NCBI RefSeq assembly: GCF_001194135.2
Contig: NC_068995.1
Coordinates: 15,911,125 to 15,974,583 of the forward strand
Length of the DNA: 63,459 nucleotides
Origin: Octopus bimaculoides
Lineage: Eukaryota
Direction: 5' to 3'
The position numbers and the translations under genes are program-made. Numbering within the stretch: position 1 is the first letter of the stretch; each line of letters starts with the position of its first letter. The notes below the pieces were generated by a model. The model searched no databases. It saw nothing but the letters and a program-made list of their open reading frames with translations, and was not told where the DNA came from. Shown here piece after piece: positions 50,001 to 63,023 of this stretch.

Positions 50001-51080
50001 NNNNNNNNNNNNNNNNNNNNNNNNNNNNNNNNNNNNNNNNNNNNNNNNNNNNNNNNNNNNNNNNNNNNNNNNNNNNNNNNNNNNNNNNNNNNNNNNNNNN
50101 NNNNNNNNNNNNNNNNNNNNNNNNNNNNNNNNNNNNNNNNNNNNNNNNNNNNNNNNNNNNNNNNNNNNNNNNNNNNNNNNNNNNNNNNNNNNNNNNNNNN
50201 NNNNNNNNNNNNNNNNNNNNNNNNNNNNNNNNNNNNNNNNNNNNNNNNNNNNNNNNNNNNNNNNNNNNNNNNNNNNNNNNNNNNNNNNNNNNNNNNNNNN
50301 NNNNNNNNNNNNNNNNNNNNNNNNNNNNNNNNNNNNNNNNNNNNNNNNNNNNNNNNNNNNNNNNNNNNNNNNNNNNNNNNNNNNNNNNNNNNNNNNNNNN
50401 NNNNNNNNNNNNNNNNNNNNNNNNNNNNNNNNNNNNNNNNNNNNNNNNNNNNNNNNNNNNNNNNNNNNNNNNNNNNNNNNNNNNNNNNNNNNNAGAGAGA
50501 GAGAGAGAGAGAGAGATGAGTAAGTTTATGATGCTGAATAAAAGATAGACTAACCTTTGCATTCATTAGATAAAACAAGAGCAAGATGCTAAGATACAAC
50601 TTCATCATTAGCTTCTTCAGTGGTTTTATGTGAGGCTACCGAATGGAAGAATCAAGTCGAACTGATATTGTCCATTCAAGTTTCTCCCTTTTATACAATA
50701 TTTCTCACGGGTAATGGTGTTTCCAGTCACTCCTTCCTGCAGACAGTATAAATTAAATAAAAACGCATTCATTTCATTAAGGACACACATATATATTTTA
50801 TTAACGACACACATATACATGTATTTGATCAAGCATACATTGCCACATACATCTGAATAAACATATATACATACACACACGCATACACACACACAAACAT
50901 GCAAATGTATATACATGTATGCATGTACACACACACATATATACGCGGACATGTAGACGGATATATGCGTACGCGCATAAAGGATACGTAGGAGACACAC
51001 GCAGCAGGCCTTTTTTTTATACTGAGAATAGACACATACACAAAAACACACAAAACGCATACACAAAAACGCAAACATTA

Positions 51081-51112
<32 letters not shown>

Positions 51113-51606
51113 TGATATGTATCTATATATCTACTTCTTCATCATGCTTTAAGGAGACACACTCGTAAATACATTACCCCATGCAATCCCACATACATAA
51201 ATTCACACTCACACACATATCCTACTCAGGACAAACACAGACACATATAAGCGCACATGCAATCATACAGGCAAATTGAAACCGCGCACAACACACCGTC
51301 ACAGACGCGGCGAGGCACACATTTCACCAACGCGCACATGTCTGCGCACACACTTCGCATCATAATTCACACACTCACAAGAGGGACTAACGAGTACGCT
51401 GCAGCTTACAGACTCGCAGATCCTGATTCAGTTTTAAATTACTAACCCTTTTAGAATCAGACCATTTTTCAGGTTTTCGTTCTTTACTTTTTAAGTTTTT
51501 TTTTATTTTTGTTTAATTATTTCATTATGTATTTTCATATTACTGCAAACGGAACAATGTGTCACGCCATTCCGTACAAAAAATCATCTCACACACTATC
51601 AAGGAC

Positions 51607-51647
<41 letters not shown>

Positions 51648-52118
51648 ATGATAATAATGGTAAGAATGAGGATGAGATGAACGAAGAAAGGGATGACGAC
51701 GACACCCTCAACACCACCACCACCACCACCACCACCACCACTACTACTGATTTAAAATTTAGGCACAAGGCCAGTAATTTGGGGTTTGCTGTTAACTTGC
51801 ATCACTGTCAGTACTTGACCGCAAAAATACGAAAGGCAAAGTTGACTTCGGCGGGATTTGAACTCTCAAAATAAGCAGTTGGAAAAAAATATTAAGTATA
51901 TTGTGCGATGCGCTGTGATAATCGTTTCAAATTTTTGCACCGGGCCAGTAATTTTGTGAGAAGTAAGTAAAACTATTACATTGAGGCCAGTGTTTAAATG
52001 GTACTTCGTTTATCGACCCCGAAAGGATGAAAAGGAAAGTCGACCTCGACGGAATTTGAACATAGCCTCACAGACTTAATAAATAACTCACAAGCTTAAT
52101 AATAATAATGATAATGAT

Positions 52119-52165
<47 letters not shown>

Positions 52166-52178
52166 CTACAACAACAAC

Positions 52179-52222
<44 letters not shown>

Positions 52223-52223
<1 letters not shown>

Positions 52224-53040
52224 CTTGGCTGCTCAAGATCAGAGCTTATTCACCTGGAAGTATCAAGGCAAGATGATGAAAACTAGAGTAGACCCAAGGT
52301 TCCGACGCTGGGGTTGACACAGTGGACCACCTAATCACTGGATGTAAGCTTTCAGCACCTGTACAGTACAAAGCAAGACATAACGGAGTTAGCCAATATC
52401 TACGTTGGATAATGTGTCAGCATTGTAAAATCAAAAGCGCTGACAAATGGTAGAAGCACCACCCTGAGGATGTAAGTAGAGAAAATGTAACTATTCTTTG
52501 GGACTTCCCAGTACGTACAACTGGACCATCAAAACAAATACATCATATATTGTTGAAAAAGACCAAAACAATAAAGTATGTTTATTGATTAACATGAGCA
52601 TACCATGCGACCATAACATCCCGGCAAAACAAAATATAAAGATTTGGTAATCGAAATCGAAAAGATGTGGCATCTCAAGACGGTTACAATAGCAACGATT
52701 GCAGGAGCACTTGGAATGATCAAAAAAGGAACTAAAAATTATTTAAGAATGATGCATGGCTTACCATCCATGCAGGAAGTGCAAAAGTTTGTCTTTAAAG
52801 TACGTCACACGTATTGAGAAGAGCATTGTCACAATGAATTTTTTTTCCGATTGCCCCTCTATTTTCGTGTATACTTTTTTATTTCTTATTTTTCCTTTTT
52901 CTCTATCACATGACTTTGTAAATGGACAATCTGATGTGTTTATTTTAATGGCCTACTAATGTATACAGTGCGTTTCTCTGCCCTAGGTGACAGTAAGACA
53001 CTCGGCAAGAAATGGAAACAGAATTGAGAGAAGATGATAA
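52223..53040 (+). mobile_element. 5'-truncated, decayed Dong/R4-type LINE 3' end
   Basis: LAAQDQSLFT..YQ... at the start, LLINMSIPCDHNI (REL endonuclease region), HVLRRALSQ* at the end; begins immediately after (AAT)n and is followed by (AAT)n near 53050. Confidence 0.8.
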
Positions 53041-53053
53041 TGAAAACAACAGC

Positions 53054-53095
<42 letters not shown>

Positions 53096-53412
53096 TATTA
53101 TTATGGTTTCAAATTTTGCCACAAGGACAGCAATTTTTGGGAGGGGATGATTCCATTACATCGACGCCAGTGTTCAACAGGTACTTATTCCATCGACCCC
53201 GAAATGATAATAATAATCTCAAGGCCTCAAATTTGGGGACTAGTCGAATGCATCAACCCCAGTGTTTCACTGGTATTTAATCCATACCGAAAGGATGTCA
53301 GGCAGAGTCAACCACAGCAGTATTTCAACTTAGAAGGACGAAATGGACGAACTGCAGCTAAGCATTTTGCTCAGCGTGCTAATGTTTCTGCTAGCTGGCT
53401 TTCTTAATAATA

Positions 53413-53503
<91 letters not shown>

Positions 53504-53689
53504 GAAGAAGAAGAAGTAGAAGAAGCAAAGGAGAAGGGAAGGACAAGGAAAAGAACAACGTCTTATAATGCTAAAGAAAGCGGGAAAAGGACGCATTAGC
53601 AAACATCTTGCTCAAACTATATTTTAATTTAGTTATCAAGTTTCAAATGGGTTGTAAAAAAGATTAATAAAGTAAGTAAACAAATCGAT

Positions 53690-53864
53690 AAATATTAAAA
53701 TAGAAATACAATATATATATATATATATATAATATACATACACAAATATTCTATATAATATACATTATTTATATATATGTATATAACGTATATAATATAT
53801 ATAATGAATGTATGTATTCATTAGATATATATATATATATATAGCCATATACATATATATGCAG

Positions 53865-53942
<78 letters not shown>

Positions 53943-54065
53943 ATATGTATATGTATACATATGTATACATATAATTATACATACATATATACATAAATAT
54001 ATGTATGTATGTATGTATGTAATTATGTATGTATGTATGTATACATAAACTCGCACACACATACA
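53690..54065. repeat. Compound (TA)n/(TATG)n microsatellite, representative of dozens of (TA)n, (CA)n, (GA)n, (AAT)n, (GAT)n and (TAC)n tracts in the window
   Basis: Directly visible; most N gaps are bordered by such tracts. Confidence 0.95.
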
Positions 54066-54779
54066 TGCAATCACCAGATTCAGTGAATCATACGATTTAC
54101 TCGTCTCAGCCGATGAAAATATATATTTCATATTTAGACCCATAGCGAGACAGAATGACTGCTGAGAGGTGGCCCCACGTTCTACAGACGCATGTTCATC
54201 ATTGGGTGAAATGGACTAACCAATAAATAGGGCTTTCTGAATTTTGGCAGCCGGATATAGTATTCTTGTTTAAAATCAACAACACCCTTTTACTGCTAAT
54301 TATGTCATACTCCTTACGCTTTTTATCTAGTGCATGATAAACGAAACGAGCGTAAATTTCTGTTCCCGTTGTGCTATTCTTCAGATCAAGTCAGCTGAAA
54401 TAATTAGTTCAAAGCTTCAGCCAATGTTCGCATATGCTATTTTAGATTAAATCATGATAACCAGTGAATGATACTTCAAAAATAAAGAAAGAACTCTTCT
54501 CTCCACAAAGAGTTCAAATCTGACATCTACTCAGCTATTCAATTCGGGTAGTCACACACAAACTGAAGTGACATAGGTATTCGCAAATTTCACCTGACTC
54601 TGCTTTCTAAGATAGTTCTCTCTCGGGTAGTTTCACATTGAGTTTGACCAAACATGTCATTACCTCGTCCCAATAACTATCGAAGGCACCTTTTAAATGA
54701 TAGCTACTTTTCGTTTAATTTCTTTGTGAGATTTACCATACTTCCTCCTAGTTCTCATAAAATTTGGGTTTCGCTCCAA

Positions 54780-55140
54780 CGTGACTCTAAAACACTTTAA
54801 CCGAAACTTCACTTAAATGACACATGCGGGCCGACCTAGCCTGATAAATCAGGTAAACTGCAACGCCCTCATCTGGAATATCACGCAATATATCATGACT
54901 TGTAGAAGTTTTGCGAATGGAATACAACAAAGCAGTGTTGGATGCTGTATTCCTTTTCCGTCGTTTACTTAAATTTTGGACGCAGTAATATTTGAGAGCG
55001 ACCACAGCGGGGAGTGGTGTAGTCCATGCGGATGGACGTGGCCGCTGCTGATACTCTGCATATGTTTGTATAGCGTGCAATCCATCTCAGTGTTTGGAGT
55101 TAATGGCGTTATTGGTCTGCTGGAGTTTCGTGCATATTAG
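54780..55140. promoter_or_regulatory. Locally GC/CpG-enriched unique segment; candidate promoter or non-coding first exon of ITIH
   Basis: CpG cluster without repeat similarity, upstream of the ATG exon on the minus strand; weak minus-strand donor aa|gtaaac at about 54968. Confidence 0.25.
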
Positions 55141-55599
55141 TTTTTTTTTTTTTAATATTTATCTGGACGGACTGGGAATGGTAGTAGTTTTAGAATGCTG
55201 CCGTAGTTGCTGTTTTGACTCAGATTTCCCTTGAAAGAGCAAAGTTACAGCTAATAATTTCCCGATGGTAACCAAGTAGTTTAGTATCGTAGTAGTGCGT
55301 TGGAATATTGTAGATATATCTGTAAATTTGAGGGTGATTGAATATACAATAGCAGATATACGGACCAACACTGAAGGAAACATTGAACAGGAGAAAATAT
55401 AGAAGCAAAGTAATCTGCACGGAACAGAAACGTAAATTGATACACCGGCGTGAGAAAAAATGAGGTATACAGTTGCTTAACATACGTGGGATGCTTTTTC
55501 TCATTTCTCTATTTCTTTTTTATGATAAGAATTTTCTGATTTTATGTTCTAGTTAACTCATAATCCTTACTATAATAAAATAATTATTCCTAATTTCAA

Positions 55600-55950
55600 A
55601 TATATATTTTATATAGCTGGAACTTGGACCAACGGTGAACGAAAGTGGATCATCTAGGAGTATCGGAAGACAAAGAAGGCGGAAACGGTGAGGCAGAAAT
55701 GAACTGAAGAATTTCGAAGACCAGTTCCGTCAGGATTAACAGTTTACATAATACATGAGAATTTTGAGCAGACTGGGTCCATCTGCAATGCACAGAAAAG
55801 TGGTCAACTGGTCAGTGTTACCACTTGAGAGAATGAAACGCTCGTGGCTCAAGCATTCACTCAAAGTCACCGGAAATAAAAACGAGGGCTTCCAATGAAC
55901 TAGTCATCTCCCGCCGATCCCTTAATCGATTAATGAATTGCTGAGGTTTC
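55600..55950 (+). mobile_element. Tc1/mariner transposase N-terminal HTH relic
   Basis: Degenerate EFRRPVP...FEQTGSICNAQKSG...VTT.ENE.LV...FTQS pattern typical of F..TGSV....SGRP...T.EN; contains stops and frameshifts. Confidence 0.55.
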
Positions 55951-56935
55951 AAAAAAAAAAAAAATGAAATAGAAAACTGATCAAATATTCCGCTCGCATT
56001 AAGCAAATGTACACCTAGCTTTTGCCCTCCCCTCTATTGTTTACTTTCTACATACATGTAGTATTTATAATCCCAACAACAAAAAAGATAATGGTTTCCG
56101 AATTTCTAGAGAATGGCACAGTCGATTACATCGACTTGAATAACAAAATAGCTATTCATTTGAATCAGTTTGTTGCATACTATTGTGGAATACTTGCTAG
56201 ATGGGGCTTCAACAACAAAATGAGATAAGTATAATTCACATTAAATAATCCAAACATAGAAATTGAAAAACTAATCTAGAATTATCCTCCTCGGAGATTA
56301 GATGTATTCCTAATTGTTCCTTGATCATTTTTATCGATGATAAGCATTAATTTCAACACGTGACACCGATATCACGAAATTTGTCAATCAAAAAGCCATT
56401 TCAATCCTGCTTTAATTGTATAGAGATCATAAACACCCACAACATAACCAAAATTCTGTAAACACCACACAAGCAACCTTGCACAAATGCAAATGCAGAG
56501 GGCGCAACTTATCGTACATTTACAAAAAAAGATAAAAGAAAAACAAATACACAGAGGAGAAGCAAAATCAGTAGATTCCACAATATAGTGACACACCAAT
56601 AGGCTGAATAAAGAAAACATTATAACCTTATATGCATAGCAAACCTTTACATCCAGGAATAAATGCAATACCACATCAGTTTCAAAATAGATATGGTTTT
56701 TGAAAGACATAGGAAGAAGCAGTCCTTGTGACAAAATCAAAAGAATACATTGGCTCCCCAATAGCTACTGCCAGCTCTGTGCAAAGAAAAAAAACTGCTT
56801 TATCATTTCATAAATACATGAAACGAAAAAGTTTCGTCTAGTTTTCATGCAAAGAATTACAAACTTAAAGCTGAAAATAGAAATAATTCATTTCTAAATC
56901 TCTCAGAGAGATTTATGCAGGAGCAGCACGATAAC

Positions 56936-57214
56936 GTAATAGCATGTTTTCAACTTAATGTGACAGTCCCATAAAAGGGAAGAATGCTACTGTTATTTAG
57001 CCCTAGGAAACACCGTTTCCTGTTGGACTCGACACATTTCCGTGTCCTTATGCTTTCAAACTGAAGATAAGCACCTCCACCCAGCAAAGCTAGCATCCAG
57101 AAACACAAGGAAATGGGTCAAGTCCAACAGGAAACGGCGTTTCCTAGGGTTAAATAACAGTAGCATTGTTCCCTTTCATGAGACTGTCACATTAAGTTGA
57201 CAACATACTATTAC
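56936..57214. mobile_element. MITE-like element with TIRs of about 110 bp and a spacer of about 57 bp
   Basis: 56936-57045 versus reverse complement of 57103-57214, roughly 90% identical by eye. Confidence 0.85.
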
Positions 57215-58289
57215 TTTAAGCTTAAAGCTCTCAGTCATATTCTTGTTGTAGGACTTTGAATTGGAAACTAGTCGCGTTTAAAACCGATACTTAAGTTACT
57301 GTGAAATTTTATATGGCAAAAGTTCAGGCTAAATAATTAAGAGAAGCATAGTGGTGTCTTCGAAAGAAAGACGTATTCATCTGTATATGTTTCTGAATAA
57401 TAATTTAGATGTGAATTACTGTCTCGTCTGTCAATCACGTGGCCTGTTTTAACCAATGAAGCAGCGATGTTTCGGTGCCAACTTGGATTTGTTTTCATAA
57501 CAAATCGACAATATCCGCCGCCTGTTAGAAGTAGGATAATGGAGAAAAGATACATTAAAATGAATCTGAAACTGTATGTAAATGGAAATTAATTTTGCTT
57601 TCATTGAGCATGTTTTAAGTACATTAAATGAGAACTAACAACAGATGATGTCATTTGGAAAAACTAGCATGTACTTAAAATTTTGTTCTAGAGAAATGAG
57701 TGAAACCGAAATACTGAATCTACGAATATTGGTTTCGAGAAAACACTAATTAATTACGTATATGGGAATTTATACAAATACACTTATAACGAGTACAACT
57801 TGAACTAAAACACTTTAAAAGAGTCTTACTTTTGGAAATTCAGCAAGAGAAATCATATACATAGTAAAATGTGTATAGTAATAAACACCAAAACTAAAAT
57901 GTAGATCTTCAGAAAACATTACTCATTACAAATGCCAATACAGAAGTATTTGTGTCAAAATTTAATGCGCATGTAGGTGCATGAGTGGGTGTGTGATACG
58001 AAATCTGGTTTTAGCTTCAGTCCCACTGCGCGGCTTCTTAGACAAGTCTCTTCTACTATAGCCACGTTGGTAGATATGATAGTGGGAGACTGAAAGAAGA
58101 CCATCGTGTATATATATATATATGGGTATGTATATATATATATATATGGGTATGTATNNNNNNNNNNNNNNNNNNNNNNNNNNNNNNNNTATGTCAGAAA
58201 AATGTTATAAAATCTTTTTGGTATATAAACATTGTATTTTGAGAAATAACCGGTTTCGTGTCGTCTTTTCAAATTTCTCTACTTCATTG

Positions 58290-59350
58290 TGTCGTGTTCG
58301 TTCCAGTCTGAGAAAGAAGAGTTCTAGATAGGGGGAGGTAATTAGGGATTTCTTCCGGTATAGGGGAGATAATCGAAACCTTGAATTCTACAAGGTATGG
58401 ACTCGTACAAAGTTTGAATTGTTTCCAAAGGAATTTTTGTCTATTCTTCAGGTAAAACAGTCTCCAGTTCTTGTAGTGATGATGTTGGAGGATATCGTCT
58501 CCTTACTTGTTTTTCTAAAATGCACCATAAATGTTCAATAATATTGATATCTGGGGGCTGTGGTGACGAGATAAGATGCTCAAATTCACTAGAATGTTCC
58601 TCGTGCCATTCAGTAGCAACTTTAGCTATGTGAGTTGATGCATTATCATCCTGAAAGATTGCGTTTCTTTCTGGAAACAGTTCTGCAAACACAGGATGAA
58701 TTCGATCTGCTAGAATGCTTAAATAGTCTGCACTATTAATTCTGCCATGAAAGGAAACCATTGGGCCGGGGGATTTCCAAGATATAGACCCCCGCCACGA
58801 CCATCACATATCCTCCTCCACGTTTAACTGTTGGAAGAAGGCAATCTGGATCAAATGCTTCTTTCCACACTTATTCTCGACCGGTGGTCGAAAATAAGGT
58901 AAAAGATGACTCGTCCGAGAAAATAATATTTTCCCACTGCTCTAGGGACCGGTTCTGTAGGATATTACTCCACTCTAAATACTTTGCGACGTTTATTTTT
59001 GAATATAGTGGTTTTCTGATTGCAGCCCTCCCGTGAAATCCGGCTTTGTGCAGCTCCTGGTGAACAGCTTGTGTGGAAACTGGGTTCTGAAGGCAGCCAT
59101 TAAGCTCTGCAGTAATTTTGGGAGTTGTACTTTTGTAATCCTTTCTAACAATTCGCGTAAGAGTCCGAAAGTCCCTATCTGAAGGTTTTGGTCTTCTTCT
59201 GGAGATTTATTTCGACAGGAGGTTTTTCCCTCTTTCTCGAGACAGTGCATCTTGATACACCAAAGATTTTGGCTGTTTTCGTTACGCTAGCGCCCGCCAT
59301 TCGAGCACCAACAATTTGACCTCTTTGGAAGTCCGATAGATCTAACATTT
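58290..59350 (-). mobile_element. Degenerate Tc1-like transposon with DD36E catalytic spacing
   Basis: WENIIFSDESSF...PTVKRGGGYVMV; FQDDNASTH...PPDINIIEHLWCILEK; contains stops and frameshifts. Confidence 0.9.
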
Positions 59351-59673
59351 TAATGAATTTTAATTACCTTTTTCTGATGGTATCAGAAAATAAACAGCAA
59401 TTTTAGCAGAACATATATGCATGTGTGTGTCTGTGTTTGAACACCACTGCTGTTTTTGCAACCGGTGTTGATGTTTTTAAGGCCCCCGTAACTTAGTGGT
59501 TCGTCAAAGCAGACCGATAATATAAATATGAGGCTTGATAATAAACAAGTAAATGAATAAATAAATAAGTACAAATTACAGCGGCCGATTCATTCGTCTA
59601 ATAATTTTTCAAAGTCGTGCCCTAGCATGGCTGCTGTCTATTAACTGAAACAAGTAAAAGTTAAAATATAACA

Positions 59674-59832
59674 GATGTGGCTGTGTGGCAAGTAGTTTGC
59701 TTACCAACCACATGGTTCTGGGTTCAGTCCCATTGCGTGGCATCTTGGACAGGTGTCTTCTACTATAGCCTCGGGCCGACCAAAGCCTTGTGAGTGGATT
59801 TGGTAGATGGAAACTGAAAGAAGCCCATCGTG

Positions 59833-59891
<59 letters not shown>

Positions 59892-60120
59892 GTGTGTGTG
59901 TGTGTGTATGTTTGTGTGTGTGTGTTTGCCCCCCAACATTGCTTGACAACCGATGCTGGTGTGTTTACGACCCATACCTTTGCGGTTTGGTATAAGAGAC
60001 CGATAGAATAAGTACTTGGCTTACAAAGAATAAGTCCTGGGGTCGATTTGCTCTACTAAAGGCGGTGCTCCAGCATGGCTGCAGTCAAATGACTGAAACA
60101 AGTAAAAGAGTAAGAGAGTA
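59674..60120 (+). repeat. tRNA-derived SINE family B, near full length, with internal (TA)n(GT)n
   Basis: Head tggctgtgtgg (A box) ...ggttcagtccc (B box); fixed flanks around the microsatellite; tail gactgaaacaagtaaaagag. Other copies or fragments at about 19430-19560, 24285-24440(-), 24712-24870(-), 25795-25950(-), 46795-47200, 57990-58110, 59440-59660, 61490-61680(-). Confidence 0.8.
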
Positions 60121-62402
60121 CATAAAAAACGATTTTTTTAAAAAAGCTAATAGGAATTTATATATTTTGAACAAAATCTTAATTTTTGTGTGAAGAAATC
60201 TTATAATTTGTTAAGCATATGAAATGATGTGTGATATCATATCAATAATATGCATTGAATAAACAAGTAGTTGTAATTGGAAACAATTTGAAGAAAAGCC
60301 TGTCCTGGGATAAATATAAACAACACCACTGATATGTAATACATAAATATCAGCTCAAAGAGCATTGGTGAAATTTCACTATGAAAACTTTTACCAAGTG
60401 GAAACAATAACATTTGGAACAGAGGGGGAAAATTATAAAAGGGTGAGTAGAGATAAGAACGGAGGTAGAAGTTGGAAAACGAAGTTTTAAAGATCGTATG
60501 ATCTGGAATAATCATTATATGTAGATGTTAGCTGAACTCAGCCAGCAGGAGGGTGTTTATGGAGACTTGATTCGAAGCCTGCAGCCTCTCTATTCTGATT
60601 AAAAATTTACATTTAACCCAATGATTACACTGTACAACACGAATTTTGTTCTTGGGTCGCAACTGTTAATTCCTATTTGGTTACTCCCAGAAAGTATGAA
60701 AAATGGCCAATATTACCTTCAGACTTTGATTTTCTTACATTTGTTCAAGCCCCAAAGAATCTATCAACAGATGGCTATGATATTCCCCCACTACACTTGC
60801 TCATGATCAGAGATGCACATATTGTTAGACACTAAGGGAAATGCTCAAGTCTTCCCTGTATTAGTGAGCAGAATATTTGCTATAACGGTATTTCTGCTTC
60901 AGTAACTCAGCACTGAATCAGTCTCAAATGGAATGGAAAATAGGTCAGTTTCAAAGCATTGAAGGCCAGCTCACGAAAGCAAAGTTTAAAGAGAAGAGTG
61001 TTAATTTCCTTTGACTTTTAGATAGAAGCAAATAAGAAGTAATACTTACCGACCAAAAACAAAGAAAAACTAAATCAAATTAAATAAAAAACTTTCTTGA
61101 ACAGTATTACCAGTGTACATTTTTATGTTAGTAAATATATAGAGGTAAATGTACCAAGTTAAAAGAGAGTTTTTGAAAGTGTATTAAAATAAATGCTAGA
61201 ATATAAATTATCTTAAAGTTATATCGGGTTAAACGGAAACAGAAATATAGAAATGGGTGAGTAGAGATAAGAACGGAGGCAGAAGTTGGGAAAAGAAGCT
61301 TTAAAGATTGTATGATCTGGAATAATCATTAAATATGTAAATAAATAGTCAGTTGAATCAGAAAGAGAGAAGCAAGTTGTCATAAACCAAGTTTCAATCA
61401 GAAATTTAATGACGTTTAGTAAGTTGATTAACGAAATGTGTATGAATAATTTAATTGTATACATCATATTTATGCGCTATAATTAATGTTGCCAGTCATT
61501 TGACTGCGGCCACGCTGCAGCAACGCCTTTAGTCGAACAAATCGACTCTAGGACTTATTCTTTGTAAGCCTAGTACTTATTCTATCAGTGTCTTTTTCCG
61601 AGCCACTACGTTATGGGGATATAAACACACCAGCATCGTTAGTCAAGCGATGGTGAGGAGACAAACACAGACACGCAAACACACACACACACACACACAC
61701 ANNNNNNNNNNNNNNNNNNNNNNNNNNNNNNNNNNNNNNNNNNNNNNNNNNNNNNNNNNNNNNNNNNNNNNNNNNNNNNNNNNNNNNNNNNNNNNNNNNN
61801 NNNNNNNNNNNNNNNNNNNNNNNNNNNNNNNNNNNNNNNNNNNNNNNNNNNNNNNNNNNNNNNNNNNNNNNNNNNNNNNNNNNNNNNNNNNNNNNNNNNN
61901 NNNNNNNNNNNNNNNNNNNNNNNNNNNNNNNNNNNNNNNNNNNNNNNNNNNNNNNNNNNNNNNNNNNNNNNNNNNNNNNNNNNNNNNNNNNNNNNNNNNN
62001 NNNNNNNNNNNNNNNNNNNNNNNNNNNNNNNNNNNNNNNNNNNNNNNNNNNNNNNNNNNNNNNNNNNNNNNNNNNNNNNNNNNNNNNNNNNNNNNNNNNN
62101 NNNNNNNNNNNNNNNNNNNNNNNNNNNNNNNNNNNNNNNNNNNNNNNNNNNNNNNNNNNNNNNNNNNNNNNNNNNNNNNNNNNNNNNNNNNNNNNNNNNN
62201 NNNNNNNNNNNNNNNNNNNNNNNNNNNNNNNNNNNNNNNNNNNNNNNNNNNNNNNNNNNNNNNNNNNNNNNNNNNNNNNNNNNNNNNNNNNNNNNNNNNN
62301 NNNNNNNNNNNNNNNNNNNNNNNNNNNNNNNNNNNNNNNNNNNNNNNNNNNNNNNNNNNNNNNNNNNNNNNNNNNNNNNNNNNNNNNNNNNNNNNNNNNN
62401 NT

Positions 62403-62434
<32 letters not shown>

Positions 62435-62459
62435 GTATATATATATTACTACGGCACTC

Positions 62460-62790
62460 TGTGGGTTACGACGACGACGTGGGTGTTCCAGTTGATCTAA
62501 TCAACGGAACAGTCTGCTCATGAAATTGAGCACTCCACAGACACGTGTACCCTTAACGTAGTTCTCGGGGAGATTTAGCGTGATACAGAATGTGAAAATG
62601 CTGGTACAACAGAAATAAGAAGAAAAAGTGAGAGAAAGTCGTGGTGAAAGAGTACAGCAAGGTTCACCACCATCCCCTGCCGGAACCTCGAGGAGCTTTA
62701 AGTGTTTTCGCACAATAAACACTCACAACGCCTGGTCTGAGAATCGAAACCGCGATCCTATGACTGCGAGTCCACTGCCCCCAAAATACT
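62460..62790 (-). repeat. Probable third tRNA-related SINE copy
   Basis: Minus strand gggcagtggactcgcagtcataggatcgcggtttcgattctcagacc resembles a tRNA anticodon/T-arm head. Confidence 0.5.
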
Positions 62791-62833
62791 GGGCCATTGC
62801 GTCTCATACACACACAAACACACACACACACAT

Positions 62834-62884
<51 letters not shown>

Positions 62885-62936
62885 TATATAAAAGTTTGTG
62901 TATGCTTATCTGTGTGTGTAAGTATACACACACACA

Positions 62937-63023
<87 letters not shown>

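Noticed and set aside
38646-57441. Shared 12-mer TCAATCACGTGG (E-box-like) at about 38647 and 57430, the latter near a CCAAT
   Set aside because: Spacing does not fit ERSE consensus, and short motifs are unsupported without functional data.
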